This document shows positions 49,847-57,650 of a stretch of 57,650 nt of DNA, one piece after another. How positions within the stretch are numbered: position 1 is the first letter of the stretch; every line of letters begins with the position of its first letter. Source of the DNA: an uncultured bacterium (GTDB taxonomy: Bacteria; Deinococcota; Deinococci; Deinococcales; Trueperaceae); contig CAZVCT010000003.1 of NCBI GenBank assembly GCA_964625655.1, positions 1 through 57,650 of the forward strand, given 5' to 3'. The notes below the pieces were generated by a model. That model had not been told where the DNA came from. It did no database searches and saw only the letters and a list, made by a program, of their open reading frames with translations. A program made the position numbers and the translations under genes.

Positions 49847-50068
49847 ATGAGCGATGGCGACGACGGACCCGCCGCGGCCTTCGTGGTGCGGGTGACGACG
49901 AGCGATAGCGGGCGCGCCGCACCGGGCGAGGGCGCCACATCGAGCGGGCGCCGGCGGCGGCACGTCATCCGCATGCAGGACCTGCGCACCGGAGAGGTGC
50001 GAGAGTTCGCGAGCTGGGCGGAGTTCCTGCAGTACGCGGAAGGAGCGGGCAAGCCCGGCCTGAGGTAG
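49847..50068 (+). CDS. Small conserved-looking hypothetical protein (73 aa)
   Basis: In-frame ATG inside track ORF 49730..50068. FVVRVTT...RRRRHVIRMQDLRTGEVREFASWAEFLQY resembles a recurrent small-protein pattern (FVVRx...G.v.hv.sGE..F.s..el..Fl) that I recall from Actinobacteria, Chloroflexi and cyanobacteria. Confidence 0.55.
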   Translation: MSDGDDGPAAAFVVRVTTSDSGRAAPGEGATSSGRRRRHVIRMQDLRTGEVREFASWAEFLQYAEGAGKPGLR

Positions 50069-50081
50069 GCTGAGCCCCGAC

Positions 50082-52442
50082 ATGTACCCGGAGTACGGCT
50101 ACGACACGGTAAGGCGCTACGCGCCCCGGCCCGCGCCCGCACTGGCGTTCCTGCTCGGCCTGCTGGTGCTGGCGGCTGGCTACTTCGTGGCGCAGCGCTT
50201 CTGGCAGCCGCCCGAACCGCTGCCCGCCACGGCCCCCGCGGGCGCCTTCTCGGCCGAACGCGCCTGGCCGCGCCTCGAGCGCCTGCTGGGCGACGGCTCG
50301 CCGCACCCGGTGGGCACGCCCGCCAACGCGGCCGTGCGCGAGCGTCTGGTGGAAGAGTTCGAGGCGCTCGGCTACGAGGTCGAGCTGCAGAACGCCTGGG
50401 GCTGCCGCCCCGAGTTCGACGTCTGCGCCGACGTCACCAACGTCATGGCGCGCCTCGAGGGCCACTCAGGCGGTCCGGCCCTGATGCTCTCGGCCCACTA
50501 CGACTCGGCTGGCGCCGGGCCGGGCGCAGCAGACGACATGGCGGCGGTGGCGGCCATCGTCGAGGTGGCCGGCATGCTGCGCTCCGAGGCGCAGCTGCGC
50601 AACGACGTCATCTTCCTGATCACCGACGGCGAGGAGGTGGGCCTCACGGGCGCGGAAGCGTTCCTGGAGCACCCCTGGGCCGACGACGTGGGCCTGATCG
50701 CCAACTTCGAGGCGCGCGGCACGGCGGGCCAGAGCATGCTGTTCCAGACGAGCCCCGGCAACGCCTGGCTGATAAGGCGCTTCTCGGAAGCGGCACCGTC
50801 GCCCGTGACCAGCTCGCTGCTCTACGACATCTACCGCCTGCTGCCCAACGACACCGACCTGACGGTCTTCCTCGAGGCCGGCCTGCCGGGCATCAACTTC
50901 GCCTTCGTGGAGGGGGTCGAGCGCTACCACACCTCCCTCGACGACCTGCAGCACCTGGACCGCGGCTCGTTCCAGCACCATGGCGAGAACGCGCTGGCGG
51001 CGGTGCGCGCCTTCGGTAACGCCGACCTGGCCACCATGCCTGCGGGCAACGCCATCTACCAGGACGTCTTCCCGGGCCTGGTGCTGCAGGCGCCCGAGGG
51101 CTGGGCCGTCTGGCTGGCGGTGGGCGCGCTGATCCTGTGGCTGCTGATCGTGGCCGCGCTGGTGGGCGCCGGCGCCATGACGCTGGGCGGGCTGCTGCTG
51201 GCGCTGCTGACCACCCTGCTGGGGCTGGCGGCCGCCGCGGGCCTCGGCTACGGCGTCACGGAGCTGATCAAGCTTCTCACCGGCCTGCCTGAGCCGTGGT
51301 ACGCCATGCCGCTGCCCGCTCGCGTCGCGGTCTGGACCGCGGCCGGCCTGGGCTTCACCCTCTTCGCGGCCCTGGGCGCGCGCATGGCGGGCTTCTGGGG
51401 CCTCGCCGCGGCCGTCTGGCTGTGGTGGTCTGGCATCTCGTTGGCTACCGCGCTGACGCTGCCCGGCGCCAGCGTCACGTTCCTGCTCCCCACCCTGGTG
51501 GCCACGTTCGTATACGCGTTGCTGGCGGTGTTCGGGGTCGGCCTGCCCACCCGGCGGGGCCTCACGATCGGGTGGCCGGCCGTGCTGCTGGCGCTCGTCA
51601 GCGTCTTCGTCACCGCCTACCTGATCCTGCCGCTGGCCTACACGCTCGAGCTGGGTCTGGGCTTCGGCATGAGCGTGGCGGTGGCGCTGCTGGTCGCGCT
51701 GGCCGTCAGCTCGTTCGCGCCGCTGCTGGCGGTGCCGCGGGGCGCGACGCCTGCGCTCGGGGCGCTGCTCGTGCTGGGTGTGCTGCTGCTGGCCGGCAGC
51801 GTCGTCTGGGCGCTGCGCGTGCCCACCTACAGCACCTCGAAGCCGCAGCGCCTGAGCGTCATGTACGCGCAGCTGGCCGTGGATGGCTCGCCTTACGGCG
51901 CCAACTGGCTCTTCTTCCGCGGCGGCGACACCCTGCCGGACAGCCTGGCCACGGTTTCGGGCTTCACCGGCGAGCGCGTGCGCCTGCCCGGCGACGCCGG
52001 CACGTACCCCGGCGCCGCAGCCGACATCGCGAACCTGCAGGCGCCGACCGTCACCGACGTGCGCGACACGCGGGTGGGCGACGACCGGCGGCTCACCTTC
52101 CGCCTCGCCTCGCCACGCGGCGCCGAGCGCATCACCCTGTTCATCCAGACGGGCCCGCAGCCCACCCTGCTGCAGGTGGGCGACACGGGCCAGTCGCTCT
52201 CCTACGCCCGCAGCGCGGCCGCCCGCTACCGCACCTTCGACTGCCGCGGCCAGGCCTGCGATGGGCTCGAGCTGACGCTGCACGTGGACGGCGACGGGCC
52301 CGTAGAGCTGGTGCTGGTGGACCAGCTGGCCGGCCTGCCCGAAGGCGGCGAAGCGCTGCTGGCCGCCCGCCCCGCCACCGCCGCCACCAGCTACGAGGGC
52401 GACGTGTCGCTGAGCTTCAACACCGTGATCATCGGTCAGTAG
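50082..52442 (+). CDS. Membrane-anchored M28-family metallopeptidase with a polytopic TM region and C-terminal domain
   Basis: Motifs NVMARLEG, LSAHYDSAGAGPGAADDMAAVA, ITDGEEVGLTGAEAF, FEARG. Then about 9 hydrophobic helices. Confidence 0.85.
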   Translation: MYPEYGYDTVRRYAPRPAPALAFLLGLLVLAAGYFVAQRFWQPPEPLPATAPAGAFSAERAWPRLERLLGDGSPHPVGTPANAAVRERLVEEFEALGYEVELQNAWGCRPEFDVCADVTNVMARLEGHSGGPALMLSAHYDSAGAGPGAADDMAAVAAIVEVAGMLRSEAQLRNDVIFLITDGEEVGLTGAEAFLEHPWADDVGLIANFEARGTAGQSMLFQTSPGNAWLIRRFSEAAPSPVTSSLLYDIYRLLPNDTDLTVFLEAGLPGINFAFVEGVERYHTSLDDLQHLDRGSFQHHGENALAAVRAFGNADLATMPAGNAIYQDVFPGLVLQAPEGWAVWLAVGALILWLLIVAALVGAGAMTLGGLLLALLTTLLGLAAAAGLGYGVTELIKLLTGLPEPWYAMPLPARVAVWTAAGLGFTLFAALGARMAGFWGLAAAVWLWWSGISLATALTLPGASVTFLLPTLVATFVYALLAVFGVGLPTRRGLTIGWPAVLLALVSVFVTAYLILPLAYTLELGLGFGMSVAVALLVALAVSSFAPLLAVPRGATPALGALLVLGVLLLAGSVVWALRVPTYSTSKPQRLSVMYAQLAVDGSPYGANWLFFRGGDTLPDSLATVSGFTGERVRLPGDAGTYPGAAADIANLQAPTVTDVRDTRVGDDRRLTFRLASPRGAERITLFIQTGPQPTLLQVGDTGQSLSYARSAAARYRTFDCRGQACDGLELTLHVDGDGPVELVLVDQLAGLPEGGEALLAARPATAATSYEGDVSLSFNTVIIGQ

Positions 52443-53325
52443 GGGGCTCGGTCAGGCGCCGCGCCAGCTCGGGCAGCACCTCGCCTAGGCGGCCCTCGAC
52501 GCGAACGTCCGCGTCGTCGTCGCCCCGGGTGGGTCCGTGGTTGACGATGGCCACGGGCTTGCCCTGGTCCTTCGCCGCCACCACGAAGCGGTAGCCCGAG
52601 CGCACCGCCAGAGACGAGCCCACCACTAGCAGCGCATCGGCCTCCTCCACCAGCTCGAACGAGCGCCTCACGCGCTCGGCCGGTACGTTCTCGCCGAAGA
52701 AGACGACGTCGGCCTTCAGCATGCCGCCGCAGTGCAGGCAGTCGGGCACGGTGAACCCCTCGACGAGGCGGTCGGGGATCTCGGCGTCGCCATCTGGCAG
52801 CACGTTCACCTCGTCCGTGCGCAGGGCATCGAACAGAGCCGGGTTCAGTTGCTCCATGCGCTGCTGCAGCGAATCGCGGCGCTCCGTTCGGCCGCAGCGC
52901 AGGCAGATGACCCTCGCAAGGGAGCCGTGCAGCTCCACCACCTCGCGGCTGCCGGCCACCTGGTGCAGCCCGTCGACGTTCTGGGTGATGACGCCCGCCA
53001 CCACCCCCTCGCGCTCGAGGCGCGCCACCGCGCGGTGGCCGGCGTTGGGCTTGCGCCCCTGCATGGCGGGCCAGCCCACGGTGCTGCGCGCCCAGTAGCG
53101 GCGCCGGCTGGCCGCGTCGCCCACGAACTGCTGGTAGTTGATGGGCGTGCGCACGGGCCCCACGCGCCCCGGGCTGCGGTAGTCGGGGATGCCAGATTCG
53201 GTGCTGATGCCGGCCCCGCTCAGCACCACCAGGCGGCGGCCATAAAGCAGCTCCACGAGCTCGTCGATGGTGCCCGTGTGCGGCTCGCCGCGCGGCACTG
53301 GCAGGTCTGGCTGGCGTATGCGCAC
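52429..53325 (-). CDS. cobB: NAD-dependent protein deacylase (Sir2 family)
   Basis: Motifs GAGISTESGIPDYRS, QNVDGLH, HGSL, and a Zn ribbon CLRCG...CLHCGG. GTG 53325 lies 6 nt behind TAGCAT. Confidence 0.85.
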   Translation of the reverse strand: MRIRQPDLPVPRGEPHTGTIDELVELLYGRRLVVLSGAGISTESGIPDYRSPGRVGPVRTPINYQQFVGDAASRRRYWARSTVGWPAMQGRKPNAGHRAVARLEREGVVAGVITQNVDGLHQVAGSREVVELHGSLARVICLRCGRTERRDSLQQRMEQLNPALFDALRTDEVNVLPDGDAEIPDRLVEGFTVPDCLHCGGMLKADVVFFGENVPAERVRRSFELVEEADALLVVGSSLAVRSGYRFVVAAKDQGKPVAIVNHGPTRGDDDADVRVEGRLGEVLPELARRLTEPPTDR

Positions 53326-53486
53326 GCCGCCATGCTACGGCGCCGGCCCGGCTGGGAAGGTCGTGGCTGCCGCTGCCTGGCCGGGGCGGCTGGCGTCCGT
53401 TCCGCCAGGCAGCCACCCGTTCCGCTTCATAGGCGAACACCTAAACAGTTGAGCACCTTCGAGCGCGCGGGCTGTTAGCATCGGGC

Positions 53487-54896
53487 ATGCTCAGCACCGA
53501 TAGCTACGGCGCCCTGCTCGCGCAGGGGCGCAACGCCGGTGCGGACTTCGCCGAGGTCTACGTCGAACGTTGGCGTCGGCGCCAGCTCCGTACCATCAAC
53601 GGCCGGGTCGAGGAAGCCACCAGTGGCATCCAGCTCGGCGCAGGCATCCGCCTCTTCTACGGCGAGGACGTCATCTACGGCTACACCAACGACCTCACCG
53701 ACGCGGCTCTGAAGGAGCTGCTGAACAGCCTGACGAGCCTGCGCGGTTCGAACGGCAACGGCGCCGGCCGCCCCGACGCCGCGGGCCGCGGGGGCATCGA
53801 CCTGCGCAAGCTGGACGTCGGCCCCGACATCCACGCGCCCAAGGTGACGTTCGAGACGCACGACAAGCTGTGGCGCCTCGAGCGCCTGCGCGAGCTGGAC
53901 GCCGGCGCGCGCATCGCCCCCGAGATCAAGCAGGTGGAAGGCACGCTGCTCGAGTGGGAGCAGGACGTGTGGGTGGCCAACAGCGAAGGCGCCTACGTCG
54001 AGGACCGCCGCGTGCGCACCCGCCTCGTGGGCCAGGCCATCGCCTCCGACGGCTCGAGCACCCAGACGGGCCACGCCGGCCCCGGCCTCTCGGTAGGCCT
54101 CGAGCTGCTGGACATGTACGACCCCGCCGACATAGGCCGCAAGGCCGGCGAGCTGGCCATGACGAACCTGCGCGCCAAGCCCGCCCCCGCCGGCACCATG
54201 CCGGTCGTGCTGGGCAACGGCTTCGGTGGCGTGATCTTCCACGAGGCCCTCGGGCACCTGCTGGAGACGACGGGCGTGGCCCGCAACGCCTCGGCGCTGA
54301 CGGGCATGGTGGGGCAGCAGATCGCCAGCCCCGTCGTCACGTACGTCGACGACGGCACCATCCCCAACGGCTGGGGCTCGTCGCGCTTCGACGACGAGGC
54401 TGCGCCCACCGAGCGCACCGTGCTGATCGACAAGGGCGTGCTCTCCAGCTACATGGTCGACCGCTGGGGCGCGCTCAAGACGGGCTACCGGCCCACGGGC
54501 TCGGGTCGCCGGCAGGACTACACCTTCGCCCCCACCTCGCGCATGCGCAACACCTTCGTCACCGAGGGCGACACGCCCAAGGAGAAGCTGTTCGAAGGCA
54601 TCGAGTACGGCCTCTACGCCAAGACGCTGGGCGGCGGCCAGGTGCGCCCCGGCTCGGGCGAGTACAACTTCGCCGTCAAGGAGGGCTACATCATCCGCAA
54701 CGGCGAGATAGCCGAGCCCGTCCGCGGCGCCATGCTACTGGGCAAGGGCCCCGACTCGATCAAGAAGATCGTGGCCGTCTCCGACGACCTCTCGAACGAG
54801 CCGGGCATGTGCGGCTCGCTGTCGGGCTCCATCCCCACCGAGGTCGGGCAGCCGCACCTGCTCGTGAGCGACATCGTCGTGGGAGGCGAGGCATGA
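53487..54896 (+). CDS. tldD: TldD metalloprotease
   Basis: HEALGHLLE motif and a typical N-terminus (GADFAEVYVER). ATG lies 5 nt behind TAGCAT. Confidence 0.9.
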   Translation: MLSTDSYGALLAQGRNAGADFAEVYVERWRRRQLRTINGRVEEATSGIQLGAGIRLFYGEDVIYGYTNDLTDAALKELLNSLTSLRGSNGNGAGRPDAAGRGGIDLRKLDVGPDIHAPKVTFETHDKLWRLERLRELDAGARIAPEIKQVEGTLLEWEQDVWVANSEGAYVEDRRVRTRLVGQAIASDGSSTQTGHAGPGLSVGLELLDMYDPADIGRKAGELAMTNLRAKPAPAGTMPVVLGNGFGGVIFHEALGHLLETTGVARNASALTGMVGQQIASPVVTYVDDGTIPNGWGSSRFDDEAAPTERTVLIDKGVLSSYMVDRWGALKTGYRPTGSGRRQDYTFAPTSRMRNTFVTEGDTPKEKLFEGIEYGLYAKTLGGGQVRPGSGEYNFAVKEGYIIRNGEIAEPVRGAMLLGKGPDSIKKIVAVSDDLSNEPGMCGSLSGSIPTEVGQPHLLVSDIVVGGEA

Positions 54897-56206
54897 AGGT
54901 AACGGACGCCAAGAAGTGGCTGCTGGCCGAAGCCGGCAAGCGCGGCGTGGAGCTGGAAGTGCTGGCCACGAACGACCGGAAGCTGAACGTGCAGGCGCAG
55001 AAGGGCGCCGTCTCGGACGTCAGCCTCGCTGCCAGTGGCGGCGTGGGCCTGCGCGTGGTGACGAACGGCCGCGTGGGCTACGCCTACAGCGAGGAGCTGA
55101 GCGAGGAAGCGCTGGCGTGGACTCTCGACGAGGCCATCGGCAACGCCGAGCTGCAGGAGAGCGGCAGCGCCACGCTGCCCGCGGGCGGCGCGCTGGGCAG
55201 CTTCGAGCTCGTCGACGAGGGCCTGTCGGCCGCGCTGCAGGACAAGAAGGAGAAGACCATCGCCCTAGAGCGGCAACTGGCCGCCGACGGGCGCGTGCAG
55301 TCGGTGCAGTACGCCGGCTACCAGGAGCAGCAGTCGGAGGTCGAGATCGGCTCCACCACCGGCATCGACGGCTCGTACCGCGCGGGCATGGCGGCGCTCT
55401 TCTCGGCGCTGGTCATGCGCGAGGGCGAGAGCGTCAAGCAGGGCTACGAGCAGGACGTGAAGCGCGAGTTCCACCAGCTGGAGCCGGGCCGCACGGCGCA
55501 GGAGTCTCTGCGCAAGCTGGGCCGCCACCTGGGCGCCAAGCCGCTCAAGACGGGGCGCCGCCGCGCCATCTTCGAGCCCGACGTGGTGGCCACGCTGCTG
55601 GCGCTCTTCACCTACGCCGTGTCGGGCAAGACGCTGGCCGAGGGCAAGAGCCGCCTCGAGGGCAAGCTCGGCCAGAAGATCGCGTCCGACATGATCACGC
55701 TCGTGGACGACGCCACGCTGCGCGAGGGCCTGGGCAGCCGCCCCTTCGACTCGGAGGGCACCCCCGCCCAGCGCCTCGTGATCGTCGAGAACGGCGTGCT
55801 GCGCTCGTTCCTGCACAACTCCGACACGGCCGCGCGCACGGGCCAGGCCAACACGGGCCACGCGGCGCGCAGCTACAAGGGCACGCTTGGCGTCAGCACC
55901 AGCAACCTGCTGCTGCTGCCGGGCAACGGCGTGAAGCAGGGCGACGGCGTGCTCGTCACGGACCTGATGGGCGTGCACGCGGGCGCCAACCCGATCACGG
56001 GCGACGTCAGCGTGCAGGCGATGGGCATGGAGATCAAAGGTGGCGAGCAGGGACCGGTGGACGACTTCGCCATCTCGTTCAACATCTTCGAGCTGCTCGA
56101 GCGGGTGCAGGAAGTGGGCAACGACGTCGAGTGGATCGCCGGCTACAGCGGCTTCGCGGCCGTGCCCAGCCTGGCCGTCGACGACATCAGCTTCGCGGGG
56201 GCGTAA
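54893..56206 (+). CDS. pmbA: PmbA/TldE protease partner
   Basis: ATGA overlap with the tldD stop. VGLRVVTNGRVGYAYSE is typical of PmbA. Confidence 0.85.
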   Translation: MKVTDAKKWLLAEAGKRGVELEVLATNDRKLNVQAQKGAVSDVSLAASGGVGLRVVTNGRVGYAYSEELSEEALAWTLDEAIGNAELQESGSATLPAGGALGSFELVDEGLSAALQDKKEKTIALERQLAADGRVQSVQYAGYQEQQSEVEIGSTTGIDGSYRAGMAALFSALVMREGESVKQGYEQDVKREFHQLEPGRTAQESLRKLGRHLGAKPLKTGRRRAIFEPDVVATLLALFTYAVSGKTLAEGKSRLEGKLGQKIASDMITLVDDATLREGLGSRPFDSEGTPAQRLVIVENGVLRSFLHNSDTAARTGQANTGHAARSYKGTLGVSTSNLLLLPGNGVKQGDGVLVTDLMGVHAGANPITGDVSVQAMGMEIKGGEQGPVDDFAISFNIFELLERVQEVGNDVEWIAGYSGFAAVPSLAVDDISFAGA

Positions 56207-56265
56207 GCCTCGGGTTCGGCGCAGCGCATGCGCCAGGCGACCGGTCGCCGGCTCCGAAGGGTTCC

Positions 56266-57276
56266 CTAGGGACTCTTCGGCAGCGGGCGCCCGGCCGCTT
56301 CCGCTATCCGCTTCAGCTCTTCCAGCTCGCTGACCTCGCCGTCGGCGAGCTTCTCTGCAGCGCGGCGGCGCTCGTCGAACAGGGCGTAGCGCTCGTGGGC
56401 GACGCGCTTCGCGTACTCGGGCGTTACGCCGCCCTCCCCTTCCAGAAGCGGCAGGTCGTTGCTCTTCAGGAACGACTCCAGCAGCTCTTCCCAGTCGGCC
56501 AGGCGCATCGATTCGCGGCGGCTGGCGCGCAGCTCGGCGGCGTCCAGGAACATGGTGACGATGCGGTTCAGCAGCGCCAGCTCGTCCTTCGTCAGGTAGT
56601 TCTTGGCGACGTTGGCGTCGGCCTTGCGAACGCGGCCGCCCCGCCAGCTGGTGGCGCCCATGTTGGGCTCTTTCGGGTCGGCGCGCTCGATGATCAGCTC
56701 GGCGGCGGTGTGCTTCGTGACCGCGTACAGCATGCGGTTCTGCACGCGCCGGTAGAACTCCGACACCTCGGGATCGTTGGGGACGTAGTCCTCGGATAGC
56801 GCCAACAGGTCGCGCACCTTGCCGTAGAAGCGCACCTCCGAGCCGCGGATCTCCTTGATGCGCTCCAGCAGCTCGTCGTAGTAGTCCCACTCGGGCAAGC
56901 CAAGGCGCGACTCGTCGAGCGCGAACCCCTTGGCGAGGTACTCGCGCAGCACGCTGGTGACCCAGAGGCGGAACTGCGCGCCGCGGCGCGACCGCACCGA
57001 GTAGCCCACCAAGAGGATGGCGTCGAGGTCGTACAGCACGAGCCCCTCGTCGGGCTCGCTGGCGGCGGGCTGCCGCACGGAGGAAGCGTCCAGTTCACCG
57101 TCGGCGCGCAGGCGCGCCAGCTGCGCCGAGACCTGCGCGGGAGGGATGGCGAAGAGCTCTGCCATCTCGTCGCGCGTCAGCCACACCGAGCCGTGGCCGG
57201 CACGCAGGTGCAGGCGCGTGTCACCGTCTTCGCTGGTGTACAGGATCAGTTCGTACTCGCTGCGCTTCTCGGCCAT
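56266..57276 (-). CDS. rhuM: RhuM-family protein
   Basis: 336 aa. IILYTSEDG..., LDAILLVGYSVRSRRGAQFRLW, AKNYLTKDELALLNRIVTMFLDAAE match my memory of RhuM. Confidence 0.7.
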   Translation of the reverse strand: MAEKRSEYELILYTSEDGDTRLHLRAGHGSVWLTRDEMAELFAIPPAQVSAQLARLRADGELDASSVRQPAASEPDEGLVLYDLDAILLVGYSVRSRRGAQFRLWVTSVLREYLAKGFALDESRLGLPEWDYYDELLERIKEIRGSEVRFYGKVRDLLALSEDYVPNDPEVSEFYRRVQNRMLYAVTKHTAAELIIERADPKEPNMGATSWRGGRVRKADANVAKNYLTKDELALLNRIVTMFLDAAELRASRRESMRLADWEELLESFLKSNDLPLLEGEGGVTPEYAKRVAHERYALFDERRRAAEKLADGEVSELEELKRIAEAAGRPLPKSP

Positions 57277-57324
57277 GGCTCACGTCCAGACGGGCAGTTT
57301 ACGCCGTCTACGGCGGACCTTCGG

Positions 57325-57650
57325 CTAATCGCGAGACGTTGGTTCGGGCGTTGTCGTCTTCGCTTCGTAGGGAGTTCCGTTCACAGTTTCGGGCGGCGTT
57401 TCAGTTGGCGTTCCGGTTGGCGTTCCGGTTGGCGTTCCGGGCGAACCCTCGTCGGGCTCCGGAGCGTCGGAGTCGGACGGTGCCGGCCCCTCCGGCACCA
57501 CCACCGCAGGCGTCTGCGCCGCCTCGGCCTCCTCGAACTTCGGCACGCGCCGTGCCGCTAGGAACGTGAGCGCCGCCAGCACCAGGCCGGCACCACCGAA
57601 GCCCACGGCGTAGCTCGTGGCCGCCACCAGCAGCCCGCTGAGCACGGGCA
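57325..57650 (-). CDS. C-terminal part of a membrane protein with a Thr/Pro-rich tail; open to the window edge
   Basis: Hydrophobic helix LLVAATSYAVGFGGAGLVLAALTFLAA, then an acidic/TP-rich tail including GTPTGTPTGTPTETPP. Confidence 0.45.
   Translation of the reverse strand, partial: PVLSGLLVAATSYAVGFGGAGLVLAALTFLAARRVPKFEEAEAAQTPAVVVPEGPAPSDSDAPEPDEGSPGTPTGTPTGTPTETPPETVNGTPYEAKTTTPEPTSRD
57404..57439. repeat. Perfect 12-bp tandem repeat, 3 copies, inside the coding sequence
   Basis: gttggcgttccg x3, encoding GTPT repeats on the minus strand. Confidence 0.9.

Noticed and set aside
46669-50142. 1157-aa minus-strand ORF antisense to the AfsR-like gene
   Set aside because: It has no motifs, its composition is Arg/Gln/Gly-rich, and it spans intergenic regions and promoters. 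It is a shadow of the well-supported plus-strand gene.
52429-53325. Sir2-domain protein as a defence effector (DSR/Thoeris-like)
   Set aside because: It is of canonical sirtuin size, has an intact Zn ribbon and NAD motifs, and has no fused sensor or partner gene. It is a housekeeping CobB-type deacylase.
53487-56206. TldD/PmbA as part of a microcin/RiPP maturation system
   Set aside because: There are no precursor peptide, cyclodehydratase or immunity genes nearby. This is an ordinary conserved tldD-pmbA pair.
56266-57276. RhuM gene as a marker of a prophage or genomic island
   Set aside because: Its GC and codon usage look native. There are no integrase, repeats or phage genes in the visible flanks, although the downstream flank is cut by the window edge.

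Overview
High-GC (roughly 68-70% by eye) bacterial chromosomal segment with about 50 protein genes. I found no rRNA, tRNA, CRISPR array, transposase or integrase. Many start codons sit 5-7 nt behind a TANNNT box, implying leaderless mRNAs. Together with a DinB-family gene, this suggests a Deinococcus-Thermus-like organism (inference only). Ordinary blocks, in order: reductive pyrimidine catabolism (preA/preT/mmsA); a Cys/Met PLP enzyme; an ABC exporter pair; azlCD; an MsbA-like exporter; a Dpp-like peptide importer without ATPases; a galactose/galactan utilisation locus (galK-galT-ArsR regulator, then GH2, CUT1 sugar importer, GH1 and GH43); cobB; tldD/pmbA; rhuM. Four things stand out. (1) A CGTAACG direct repeat in 11-bp phase occurs four times, each at a fixed distance upstream of a -10 box. 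Three of the four copies lie in one same-strand cluster (43.8-52.4 kb) that encodes an AfsR/SARP-type STAND regulator, two secreted or lipoproteins, a small leaderless protein and a membrane M28 peptidase. The fourth copy precedes a paralogue of one of the secreted proteins. I read this as an undescribed SARP-controlled extracytoplasmic module. (2) A low-GC 2.3-kb insert carries an AbiE/MenAT-like nucleotidyltransferase pair whose antitoxin-like partner has an extra PD-(D/E)xK-like N-domain. Two unusually long perfect hairpins lie at the outer borders of this region. (3) A GGDEF-tandem STAND-TPR giant lies behind a 15-bp tandem repeat array. There is also a second regulator with inverted SARP architecture. 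(4) A 49-aa secreted-peptide gene, absent from the ORF track, lies upstream of a stand-alone EAL phosphodiesterase. All domain calls come from motif reading, not from database searches.
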